DNA of 64,000 bases from Lingula anatina (lineage: Eukaryota > Animalia > Brachiopoda), in NCBI GenBank assembly GCA_051362555.1, contig CM120640.1, positions 11,842,001 to 11,906,000 on the forward strand. The letters are read 5' to 3'. The first letter of the stretch is position 1, and each line of letters starts with the position of its first letter. This document shows, one piece after another, positions 38,351-51,180 of the stretch. The notes under the pieces are model-generated. The model saw only the letters and a list, made by a program, of their open reading frames with translations, was not told the DNA's origin and did not search any database. Position numbers and translations under genes: made by a program.

Positions 38351-41300
38351 GGTATCTCTTTGGTTAATTGAGGCTTCCATAGAATTTTAGGATAAATTAT
38401 CTAAATGCCGTCCATTTAATATGGTGACTCATACTATAATCTTGTCGTATGCATAGACACACACACATGTAACAAATAAGTACACCATCGTTCTTTCAAA
38501 CTGTATAAATTGCTTTGTTGTTCACACTGCATCAAAAGTAGGAAGGGATGGACAAAGCCAAGAAAAAGTCACTGAAGTTGATTTATTTTTCTGTTGAGGA
38601 ATATCTTCAGTAAAATGGATTTTTGCTATGTTATATCGCAATCTCACGTTGTTCATATCAAAACTATATCGTACATGTCGATGTTGGTAAGATAATATAC
38701 GTGTTATGTCATTGACGTATCGATATAGATAGATAATTCATGCTGAATAATGAGCAGAGGATACAAACCATTTTTACAATCCCAGAATACACCAAATGTA
38801 CAGTCAATCTACTAAACACATTTATAATTTTAATCGTGTCGGCAGGGTGAAGATGGACATAATAAAACGGTAACACAAAGTTAACATTAGGGAAATAAAC
38901 TGCTTATCACATATATCAAATAGCACACATCGCGCGTGTACATGTATCATGGTCAGAGATATGACAGCCACCATTAGATATTGATGTGGTCTTACTTAAA
39001 CTTATTAGAAAATATGAGTGATAATTTTAAGTAAGTCAGACCCCAAAAACATCTGTTTATGTCCTTGAATTGATAATTCTTTTTTATTGCACGTGTATGG
39101 AATAAATTAAAATTATTTACACTGATGGAGTGATGGCATTACAAAAATGTAAAGCTCTACACGCGAGCATTGGAATCTAATCCAACAAAATCCTGGCCCA
39201 TATCACCAAAACAGGTATTTTTATTTTACTCAGAAAATAACTCAATACCGCATGTGTATAAACTATGATGAAATATGCTTCTTCATTTTTGCCAATCGTT
39301 TTTCTTTCAATAAAAAAGAAAAACGAATAAAGTAAATAGAGGATTCCATTCAGCTGTGTCAAAAATGTTTGCTAGTTAATTTTTCTTTTTTCTCTTATTT
39401 CCCATTGCAATAAGAACAAACTTACATTTGCGTCGCTTGATGCACAAGCAACAATATCATTTTTGCCATATCGTGAAGCAATTTTTACATATTACACTTT
39501 TCAGAGTTGCCTCTTTCAGATCTCAATTCAATGCTGTCGGTAAAATTTCAGTAGGCTCTATACGATGTGACAATTTTTTAATAACAAAGAAAAACAATAA
39601 TGTTAAACTCACATGCACTGCTCCAGGAGGCAAAGCAGCGGACCCTTTTCCCTGCTCTCAACAATATGGGCACATGAATGTATTGTTCTGATCCCCTCCC
39701 CCGTGGATGGACAGATAAGATAGCAGAGTCATGTCATCATGTGGCTTGCCATAAAATGAATAACTGAAACTGACTTTTTTTAGACATGTTGGAGTGAAAG
39801 GGATTTCTCGTGGGCGTAAATTTTCATCTCTTATGTCCCATTTTTGCTATTATCATTTGTTAGGTTTAATGCAAGGAGGCTACAGTCTTTCTGCCCGACT
39901 GAAAGGCATTGCTGTTTACGAGACAGTCCAATTTCAATGAACGATACGCTGGAAGAGCAAAGAGGGGCGGGTGGGTGAAAAACCTGTTAAGGAACTGGAA
40001 AGCCAGAAAAATCAAAATTTATCATATAAACATGATTTGTGAGTCTTTGATGACTGAAATAAATAAATGAAAACTGGTTTTCGCTGTAATAAACTGATCA
40101 TGATATTAAAAGCTGTTTGACATGATGTAGCGGATGTAAAGGCCACAGTGTGTACATAAACTGATTATGTATCTGAAATTGATAATAAATTTGATATCAC
40201 AATCGCATTTTCAGCATGAATATCATGAGGCACAATATCATTTTGACAAAATCAGCCTTTCTATAAAGCAGGACTCACTGAAATTATCTATATGAACTTA
40301 GAACTATATAGGCATCTCTGTGCTAGTGTGTCCTCAACAAGACTGTCACCCCCATATATATATATATATATATATATACAGATAACGTTTTGCATTCGTA
40401 CCGCAAAAGCTGTGTCCCTTAATGCATTTATTCATTTCACAATAGGAATACTCTTTAACGTATACACTGTATTTCTGCACACGTAAATCATTTAAAGGGA
40501 TAATAACTCTTCGTTTTGGCCAAAAAATTAATTTTCCTGAAGTAAACAACAATTTTTCCATACTTACCAATGGTTCATGAATGCATTTCTACTTTCAAAG
40601 TTAGTCCCTGGTTTTTTTCTAAAAAGTTTGGTTTTTTGTTAAAATCTCTTAAGAGATTATAACAGAGTATAGCCATCAATGGAGGTCACGTGGTCTGAAG
40701 ACAAGCTCAGATATCAGAATAATAGCTATAACTGCCGTTTTTGTGGTAAAACAGAATATATTATATTTCTAAGAGTTGTTCACAATGTTTTATTGTGAAA
40801 TATAGATCTCATACGAAGAGTTATTATCCCTTTAAGTTTTTCTTTTGGGAACTAACGCTGCATGTGTGCTCACAGACAGAAATAAGAGTAGAAAATATCA
40901 TCACTCTGTGCTTAAGTATAAAAATCATCACCAAAATGCATTCTTCTGTTTAAAAAATTCACTGTTTTCAGGTAAATGCGTCGCCACCCAAAATAACATA
41001 ATAATTGGACCCCACCATACGACTCCAGACCCGCCCCTTTGCTATATCTTTAATGTCTTTGATTGCAAGTAAATTGGACCGAGCTACTACAATTGCAGAT
41101 CGTTAAAAATGGAAAAATGTAATTGATTGACTCTCAGTATCATGAGTACATGAGTACATGAGTATTTTTAAAACAAACATTTCGGTACCGGGTATATCCA
41201 GGTAAATGACCAGTCCTGGTTCGGTCAAAATTAAATATTAATGATCGAAGAACCTGACAGATCACAATGTTTAAGTCGAAGGTTGAGAATCAGTATTTCT

Positions 41301-42298
41301 AATAATTAAGTAAATGTTGAATCAAAGCTTCTACCCATAACGTGAGATGTGGACCACCTGTCACCCTAGTTTTGTTATAAAAATGCAGCGTTTTGTTGCA
41401 TTCTTAGTCGGGAAAATAGATGTGAAACCGAGCAATAGGAAGATACCACTGAGGGTAGACTGAGGAGGGGACATCGTGGTCACATCTCCAACTTGATGTA
41501 GCCCATGTCAGCAGAATAAAAATTTCTTTCACAGGAAAAAATAGTTGTTGGTAACTATAGCGCGCAGCGTGACGCGTAGTTGCCATCCATAAAAAAACAG
41601 TCACAAAACCTTCCCCAGCATAGTGGACGCTGCAAAGATGACACACTAGACAACTGTAACAAACTGTAATAAACGTTTAGAAGATGCAATAAACTGTAAT
41701 AAACATTTAGAACACTTACAGCACGATGATTGTCAGGTCGCTACCAATGGCTGAATCGCGGTGTATTTTGCATTTATTTTATTTTTTTATTGAATTGTAT
41801 TTATTTTATTCAATTTTATTTATTTTTATTTTTTTATTTTTATTTTATTTTTTATTCTTTTAATTTTTTGTTTGTTTATTTTTGACCTCCGTCAAATCTA
41901 GAAGCCTAACGGGGCGTTAGCTGCTATGGGCCTAGGTCAGGTACACCACCAACCAGCGGAGTGTATCAGGTATAACCCCCTCTGTCACATGCACTCCACA
42001 GGTTAAATATGCTTCATAATTGTACTTTCCATGACATCATGGTGTTATGTCAGCCATGAAGGACAGAATGATACCAACAATTCAGTGTCACTGGCAGGCA
42101 AAAAATGACATCTTTTAAGGGAACATTTTGTATCAATCCAGAGTCAGGTTTATGTGAGTTGATTGACCCTATTAAGCTGCCTTATCCGTTTATTTTGATA
42201 GACGTAAATCCCATACCGACCTACCAACCTTTTGCTAGGTTATCTTTTCTACATAAGACCTCGTGCGACACTCGATGAGACTGCCCTGACTGCCCACT

Positions 42299-45200
42299 AT
42301 GGCTAGGCTTGAAGATATCATTTGGGATACAGTTGTGATTGGTGCAGGGATAGTAGGATCCTTCACAGCATGGCAGTTACAAAAACTTCAAAGCCAAGTG
42401 CTTCTCGTGGATCAGGTATGCCTAATTGTTCAGTTTAGTTGAGAAATAATGATGCAACCATTATAGGTCTACATGTGCCTACGATTTAGCTGACCATTTA
42501 TATCAGCCTACAATGCACTTAATTGTCATATGGTAGGGCCTACAGCATGAATAGGGGAATTGACGCGTGAAGGGCGAGGCACTTAATATACAGGTACAGT
42601 GTATATTAGAAGCCCCATGGATTTTATAATTTTATGCATTACTGCATGTAATAGTTGCCTTCATGCAAAATTGGAATGCGGATGTGTTTGCACAGTTGGC
42701 CTTTTAAACGAATTTTTCTAACATTTCTCTCCTGATTTCTTTCATCCTTTTGTTTTCAAAATTTCGCTACATCTTGAACTCATCATGGTCTATGGAATAA
42801 TGAAAAATAATGCACGTAATAATAAACTTTGTCATCTGGCACAACGCCATTTCCCCAACTTTGAGTCGACGTTGGTCTACTGTGGGCATTTGCTGATGGC
42901 CCAACGTCGGGGCGACATCAGTTGCCGACCTCAAACGTGCCAACAATCACTGACGTCGGTACGACATACAACTGTTTGCTATCTGGATTAGGTTGGAAAA
43001 AATTATGCATTGAAGGGTAAGGGACAGTGGCAAATCAAGTGTGACAGATATGGTAGTCAGGCATGTAGAAATGGAGGTCCGGGGTTCCATAGGATTAGCA
43101 CTAGCGCAGGTTTTAATATTAGGTTAGCCGGATGTATCGGGGTCAGCATATGGGACGAATACCACTCACGCAAATGGAGAAACGGACTACGGGTTTTAAT
43201 GGACCACCAATCCTGTCAATAAATAATGTTATTAAAAAAAAAACATGGACTTTTCTTTTAAAATACCTAGCTCTTGCATCTGGAAGATATGGTGTTGAAT
43301 AAATAATGTTATGATTGTACTTGTTTTGAATAAATATTTCTGTTTAGAATTCCCATGTGTACGTCTGTATGGTATGACGACAGTCCTTATCTTTAAAAAA
43401 TAACGTACAAAACTATCAACAATCCGTCTTAACCGACTGGCTTGACGCAACATTTAACACAAACATAATATAACATCATTCTTAAACAAAATTTGACCAA
43501 TTTACGTCATTTTCCTATGTAAACAGGTTTTTCGGGGTTTTAGAAAACTTAGCGCGCAATGGATTGGTAGGGGACGTATTGTATTGTCAATTCATAAGTT
43601 GGTATCTATACTAACACGTCACTTTTTATCAGTTTCAGCTCCCACACTCACGTGGAAGCTCTGCTGGACTCACCCGTGCTGTAAGAAAAGCATACCAGGA
43701 GGATTTTTATTGTGAAATGATGGAGGAAGCCTATAAGATTTGGGAACAAATTGAACATGAAGCTAATGTCATTATCAACAAGTGAGCTTCAAGGAACGAA
43801 GTTGCATCCAGAGATCTCCAGACGCAACATTGAGTTTCCACCTATATATTTACATACAAATATGCACGTGATGCACGCACTATCACGAGCACGCGCTTGT
43901 CGCAAATTATATCTCTTCTGACTAGATTCATAGTAAACCATGTCTGGTAAAGTTTGGAGAAAAAAAATGCTAACTATGTCAACATTAAGATTGACAGAGG
44001 AGTCTGCACTGCTTGCGTTTTGTTTAACCAGAACCAATACATTTGTTTAGGGATATGTATAATGTTTAACTAAGTCTTTTTTTTTTTTTTTTTTTTTTGC
44101 AGTGGGCTGTAATTTTGTAATGCTTTCGATTTTTAGAAAAACGGGAATGCTTATAATTGACAAAGATGCCGGAAACCTAACAAGCATAAAGAGTAATCTT
44201 CAGCAGTTGATATTCCCATGCACAAGTTTAACCGAAGAGGAGCTTAGGACAAAATTTCCTGGATTGAAATTCGATGGTCACGCTGGTCTGATAGATATAG
44301 ATGCTGGGGTTACAGATGTACAGGCGGCACTTCGAACTGTTCAGGTACGTGACATCTGTATCTCTGACATAAAAAAAAATTAACAATTTGCTTTTTAGAC
44401 ATCTTTGTACACATTCTGAATTACACAGAAAAGTGGAATCTCATCTCTTGATTATCACTAAGCGTGCCTGCCGTTTCCACAATCCCAAACTCAGTATTTG
44501 CAGCCATAGCTTAAAACTTGAAATGAAAGATATTGTATTTGTAATCCTTTTCTGATACAGCCCTTATCTAAACGAAGTGCAAGAAAATATAAGAAAATAC
44601 TTGGATGTTACATGACCTTCTTTTTCTTCAGTTTTACCAAAAAGTTACATGTTAGAAACCGAACGTCTATAATAGTTTCTTTTCAGAAAAAATGGTGGGA
44701 CTATTTGTCCCGAGACAAAAGTTCTTAAGATCAATCCAGGTAGGCTGGTGGGAATTATGACTAACAAAGGAAACTATCAGGCGAAAAGTGTTGTCATCAC
44801 TGCTGGCCCATGGGCTGCGAAGCTCATGGAGCCACTAGGACTGCACCTGCCTCTTAAGGTACGGATACAAAGAATTTTTCAACCTGTCAACAATCTGAAA
44901 TGATAATATCCATGTGAGTTATATTTTTTTGTCTCATTTAAAACTCTATTAATTTTTTTTCTTTTTTGGATGAAAAGAAGTATTGTTTTACAGGATAAAT
45001 ACAGTCGCACATACACTAAGTTTTGTGTGCGTATTTGTATGCACTCTGCCAGATGAGCTGTGGTGAACCTTTGTCGTATCTCTGTTTCATCCAGCCAATG
45101 GCAATCAATGTTTTCTACTGGAAGGAAAAGGTACCGGGTGCCTACAGCATGGCTAGTGGCTTTCCGGTATTTGCAGATTACAACACAATGCGCTTGGATA

Positions 45201-46519
45201 CGTTCGTCTACGGTCTCCCCAGCAGTGAATACCCAAACATGATGAAGGTATTAAACGATAACAAGACAATATCGGTCATATAAGCAGGGTAGCTGATAGG
45301 ACTTAGTTAACAAATTTGAAGTTTTTGTAAAAAGTGGTAAAGGATTTCATAAGGTGAAAGGGTAATGTTATGATTTGAGATTTCTTGCCATTTCCATAAC
45401 ATCCTCTGAAAAAAAAAAATTAATCGCACAGTCTGAATAAGATTGGTAAAATGTTTCAAATCGCAATAACAATGTTATTGTCAAACGTTGGTCGCATCAG
45501 TGCTTTCAAAAGTGATGTTCGTTAAAAAGTTTAAGTGATTTATTTAAGAGATAAATCAGTGGTTTTAGGAGTTGAAAGATATTTAAAAAGTATTTGGTAT
45601 TTAAAAAGGTACAACGTGTACCTGTATAAACATACATAATATTATGAAATCCGTCCACAATTACTCGTTCCTAGATGTGCCTTCATGTTGGTCCAGCAAC
45701 AGATCCAGACAAGAGAGACTTACAAATAAAGGAACACATTGCGTCGGATATCAAGAAGTTATCAGAGTATATAAGAGGACATTTTCTGCATTTGGAGGAT
45801 AATCCAAGTATTATAGAGAGATGCATGTACACAGTAAGTCTGAAAGACACTCACACAAATAAAATTTATTGTGTTGAAAAGAAAAGATTAGGTAGAAGTT
45901 TGCATTTTATATATACTACAGCCTGTACCCGGTATTTATTATGTAGATTGCACGACAAATTTGTTTAAAATGATTGTTTGTCTTATTAAAATAGCCAGAG
46001 CAAAAGTTAAGCGCTGTCATTATTAGGCATAATAATAACGTCATTATCGCTGGTAAATCGTGCTAAATATTTCAGAACACCCCGGATGGTAACTTCATCC
46101 TTGACAAACATCCGAAATGGGATAACATTGTCATTGGTGCTGGATTTTCAGGTATTTATCATCGCAGCTGAACCAGGAATATACAGAAATTTTTCAATTT
46201 AATCTTAATATCGGGTAGAAGCATTAGGGGAAATATCTTAGGATTAAAGTGGATATTTTTTTAATATTAAAAATTACAAAAGTAACCGATATTCACTTCA
46301 AATGGGTAATGTACAACAAATGAAGAAATTAACTTGTTTGAAATTGCTGAATTTTGATATACACTGTATTTTATTAAAAACTTTCCAGGTCATGGTTTCA
46401 AGTTGGCCCCTGTAGTTGGAAAGATCCTAGCCGATTTAGTTACAAACCGTAATCCACAATACAACATGACCCATTTCAGAATGTCAAGATTTGAGCATGA
46501 AGAGAAAAGTAAACTTTGA
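42299..46519 (+). CDS. PIPOX: Peroxisomal sarcosine / L-pipecolate oxidase-like, paralog 1 (~391 aa)
   Basis: Exons 42299-42415, 43633-43781, 44137-44344, 44676-44858, 45095-45247, 45675-45833, 46076-46151, 46389-46519; in frame. [13 protein letters not shown] motif, [55 protein letters not shown]-terminal SKL. Confidence 0.95.
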
Positions 46520-47754
46520 AATATACAGAAGTGGAATGGTGCGGTCGAAAGTTGTTTTGATTCAGACAATATAAATGAGGATGCTGCATATTGTACAAAC
46601 GCTGATTATTATTTTGGTTAATCTTTAATTTATATTTTCTAAATATCAAAATGTGATATTATACAAAATGCACTTTGCTTAAGTACCTAGATAATCTGAA
46701 TTTAAATTAAAAAGGAATGCAGAATTAAAGAAGCAACGTCGAACAGGATTAAAATCAATTAATTTAGACAATAGTTTCCAAGGAGGTTGAACTCCCAAGC
46801 CCATACTGCTTAAATGATTTAATAATTCTGGCATTTCGTCTCTTTTGCACACAGTACACTTAAAATGAAAGCTGCGTAAATGTAAAAAAAAAAAAAAAAA
46901 AAAAATCACATCGCGCTCCAAAACAGCTGCTTGGGAAAAATGCAAATTTCTAAATTCCTTTTATACTTTTGTTTCTAACGTTTTGTCTCACATTAAACAC
47001 ATCATTGTCCAAGTTTCGTTTAAAATTTTTATCAAACTACAAATATTCTATTTTGCATTATAATAACATAAACAAAAGTCACTGTTTCACAGACACTTTA
47101 ATTTTTCGAGTGTCTGGAAACTTGCCTCTGTTATAAGCATATCTCTGTCATTTCTAGCATTTAAAGACGTCTGGATTCTTTCCTTACTCTAGCCTACGTT
47201 TCAATATCCCGGATGCTTTTATTTTTCTTTGATTTAATAAATAGTTGTTGAAATTAATTGTTACCCTCTTTTAATTTATTGTACCATTAATTGTAAGCAT
47301 ATTTATTACAATAGATCTACATTTCTGGAAAAATGCTGCTTACATTTATTTGTGAATAAAACGAGTTCCATACTCTTACCCACAGTCAAGAACAATTGTT
47401 AAGATACTTCATAGTATATTACCACTTTATAGGATAAGAATAATTACTTCATGATAGAAGGATTGCGTTAGTTGAGAAAACTATCACTAGATGTTAAAGA
47501 GAGGCTGTGGCTGAGTATCTTACGATCTCTTGGGGAGAGTAGTAAGGAGATTGGGGATAATATTTTTTGCAATTATGTAATTCATAAAAAGATAGGCAAT
47601 TAAGATCTTTAACCAATCTTTGGCATATCTTCGTATTTCTTACTGTTACGCTATTTGAGTTTACTTACACGATGAAGAGGAACAAGAAAACAGATTAAGA
47701 ATAGTGTCTTGTTAATCCTTTCCTATTACCCCTGAAAATGGACTGAGAACGGAC

Positions 47755-50700
47755 ATGGCAGACAAAAATGAACCAGAAGAAATTCGTGATGTTATTATCA
47801 TTGGAGGAGGGATTATAGGATGTTTCACGGCATGGCATCTAGCTCAACAAGGCCAGAGAGTCCTGCTGCTGGAACAAGTAATGCACTTATAATAAGAAAA
47901 GAAGTAATGGTTTGACAATGAACGGGAGAGACCTGCATACTAAATAAAAATGTAGGCCTATTGAAAAATACTTCTTCCAGGATCAAGGTTCATTGATATC
48001 ACAAGTTGTTGATTGCGCTCTTGTTATCAATACTTTGAGGCATATACTAGAGACATACACTGTATAGCAAGATTTTATGAAACGCTTTAATGTCTAATAA
48101 AAGTGTTTTGTAGAAAGATTAAAAAGGCCAGTATCTCCTAGCCACTGATTATTTCTTTTGAAAGTGGCGTAATCGTTCGGGAGGGGGGAGGGGGGGGGGG
48201 GGGGGGGAAGAACCCCAATCTGAATCTGATTCCAATATGGATGTGAAAAATGTTTAATTGCCATCAGAAAAATTATGAGTCTGCCTTTAATGTTCAGGAA
48301 TAACATAGCAGAAATAAAACATTGCAACGTGAACAACATATGCCCTGCATTTACTAAAATGATGATATTTGATTTCCAGTTCAATCATATCCCTCACTCC
48401 TGGGGCAGTTCTGCAGGTGAATCAAGGTGTATCAGAAAAGCTTACATAGAAGAAGGATACTCTGAGTTGATGAAAAAAGCTTATGAAATGTGGACAGATT
48501 TGGAAAATATGACACAAAACAAATTTCTTTGGTATGTACCAGTAACTTGTATATCTGGTCTGTGCTGTATATATAACAGTCATAAAATGTAATAACCTGA
48601 TTTGTTCTCCCATTACCCAGTGAGGGCTAGCATACACATTGTCATTGTACACTTTCACTATTATCAAATTATGATGGACTCAAAAGTACAATTCTGATTG
48701 AGAAACATAACTGCTTTTAAGTAAAATAGTGGGAGTGGGGGAGGACAAAACAATATGTTTACTGTTTGAGAATGTGAATTCACAGTTTCAATATTTAATG
48801 TCATCTAAAGGAAAACTGGCATGCTTCTGGTGGACAAAGGAGATGGAAGGAATGTAAAACCTGTAAAAGATAAGTTAGATGAACTTGGCTATCCTAATAC
48901 CACGTACAGCAGTGAAGACCTGAGAAAACACTTTCCAACGATCAACTTTAAGGATCACATTGGTTTGTTTGACCATGACGGTGGAGTTCTGGATGTGCAT
49001 AATATTTTCAAGTCATTATTGGCACGTTTTACCTTAATTTCTTTTTCAAGGTGTAACTGAAACTCTTCGATAAGTGTCACTCTAACTAAAAAAGCACATT
49101 TTAGAAATTACTTAATTAATTACCAATAATTAACTAATTATTTCCACTCAGTGTTTCTTTATGATTGAAAAAAATAACATCAATAAGAATGAACCATGTA
49201 ATTTTGCAAACTCACCGTATATTTATTTGACACATAGTTGCTGATTGACAAGTTGGGAGGAAAAATTCAGACAGGGGTCAAAGTTCAGAACATCTGCCCA
49301 GGGACTGAGGTTACTCTCACCACTAACAGAGGCAAGTACAGAGCAAAGAAAGTTGTACTGACCACAGGACCCTGGACAGCCGACATTACCAAATCTTTAG
49401 AGCTCAGTTTACCACTAAGGGTAAGGTCAGTGAAGGTGCATTGAATAGTTTTTCCAGTGCACTTCATTTATTTAATCTACACCTTCCAAGAATGAATTAC
49501 ATATTATTTTTCTTTAATCCCTTGTATTGGTAGAAAAATATTTGCCATGTGTGTGTGTGTGTTTTTTTTTATCTCACTAGGAATATTATTTCACCAGTTT
49601 TTATGTGCAGACACTGTTATTGTCTGTATATATTCTTATTACCTGTGTCTGAAGCAAAACTGTGACAATCTTATTGAAATTAGTGGTGAGGCTGTTACGC
49701 TATTGCAATATTTATTTTTTCCTTTAGGTTAAAGCTGCAACAGTTTGGTTTTGGAAAGAGAAGAAGTTTGGCAGTTACAGTTTGGATACAGGATTTCCAG
49801 TATTTGCTGATTATAACATTGAAAGTTGGAATGACTTTATTTATGCCGTCCCTTGCTATGAATATCCAAACATGCTCAAGGTACATACATGTCCATAGTT
49901 GTTGACATAGACATTGCAGGCCTTAACTACTTGGCTGAAATCCTTTTTTTGAACAACATTGTATTGCTGGTTTTAAAACAAACAATTTGCTTTTTTGTAC
50001 AGTTTGTGTGTCTCTATTCCTTAAAGCTTCACATGCATCACACCATAGAGCATTCGATCCACCCAGATTACCGAGATGCCCAGGTAGGAGAGGCAGTGGC
50101 CAATATTACCAAGAAACTCACTGCTTATGTCAGGGAGCACTTCCCCTACCTGGAGGAGGAGCCATCTATAGTGCAAAGATGCATGACCACTGTAAGTTGT
50201 CAGATATTTATTTTGTTTTTGTTTTGTTAGTGCATATTTTTTTAAAAGTTTTACTTTGGAAACTGTGAGCAGAAGAATTTCTTTGTATTTTTATTAAATA
50301 CTGCATGATGTAAAATATTAAAGGAGTGCATCAGGTTTATAGTTGTTTCCATCATTTTTAGCTGGATTTCAATGTAGTATATGTACTGCACTGTAGTATT
50401 CAATTGTTTACATTTAAATTGAATTTCTTATTCAAATACTTTTAAATATTGGTCATTTTGCTTTTTTTCTCTTGATTTAGATGACTCCTGATTATGATTT
50501 CATACTTGACAAACATCCAATGTGGGACAACATTGTGATTGGTGCAGGATTTTCAGGTATGATATAAATAACCTGCAACAGCAGCAGTACTGCAGTATCT
50601 TTTGTTTTTAGGGGAGCTTATCCTGGCATGATTTTTCTTTGGTGGTTTATAAAATATAATTTTTAGCCATAAGCAAAGATATGCACTGCTAAATATAAAA

Positions 50701-51180
50701 CCCAAACATATGAATGAAATCTCTGGTATGAAATCGTACTACATGTAGTAACTTATCTTTTGAAATGTTTGTTTTGTTACGTTGTTGTTATATAAAGACA
50801 TGATGCAGCTGGGACTGTACATATCTATAAATTCCAATCCATCATATACACAGATTTTATACAGATTTTACATAGAAGAAGGCCATTCAGGGTTGCTGTC
50901 AATGCAGTTCTCCATATGCTTACCTAAATTTAATGTGAAAACAACAGACTAATACATGTACCTAAAACAAGGGAATGATATGAATACATAGAATTGGCAG
51001 TCCTGAGCATCAAGACATTTCCATCAAATCCTCTTTTTTCTAGGTCATGGTTTTAAGCTTTCACCTCTCATTGGCAAACTATTGGCTAATATGGTACTGG
51101 AAAAACCAATCACCATTGACATGAAACCATTTAAGATTTCTCGGTTCCAGAAAGCGACATGGAAGTTTTCTAAGTTATGA
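47755..51180 (+). CDS. PIPOX: Peroxisomal sarcosine / L-pipecolate oxidase-like, paralog 2 (~399 aa)
   Basis: Exons 47755-47877, 48380-48531, 48811-49021 (GC donor), 49238-49420, 49728-49880, 50027-50191, 50481-50556, 51044-51180; same intron positions as paralog 1. [45 protein letters not shown]-terminal SKL. Confidence 0.93.

Noticed and set aside
41404-41646. THAP-like CSVHY peptide
   Set aside because: The motif is too short and the other THAP residues cannot be recovered.
44681-44690. Apparent frameshift in PIPOX1 if the strong TTTTCAG acceptor at 44686 is used
   Set aside because: The upstream AATAG acceptor (44675) gives an in-frame 183-nt exon, the same length as in paralog 2.
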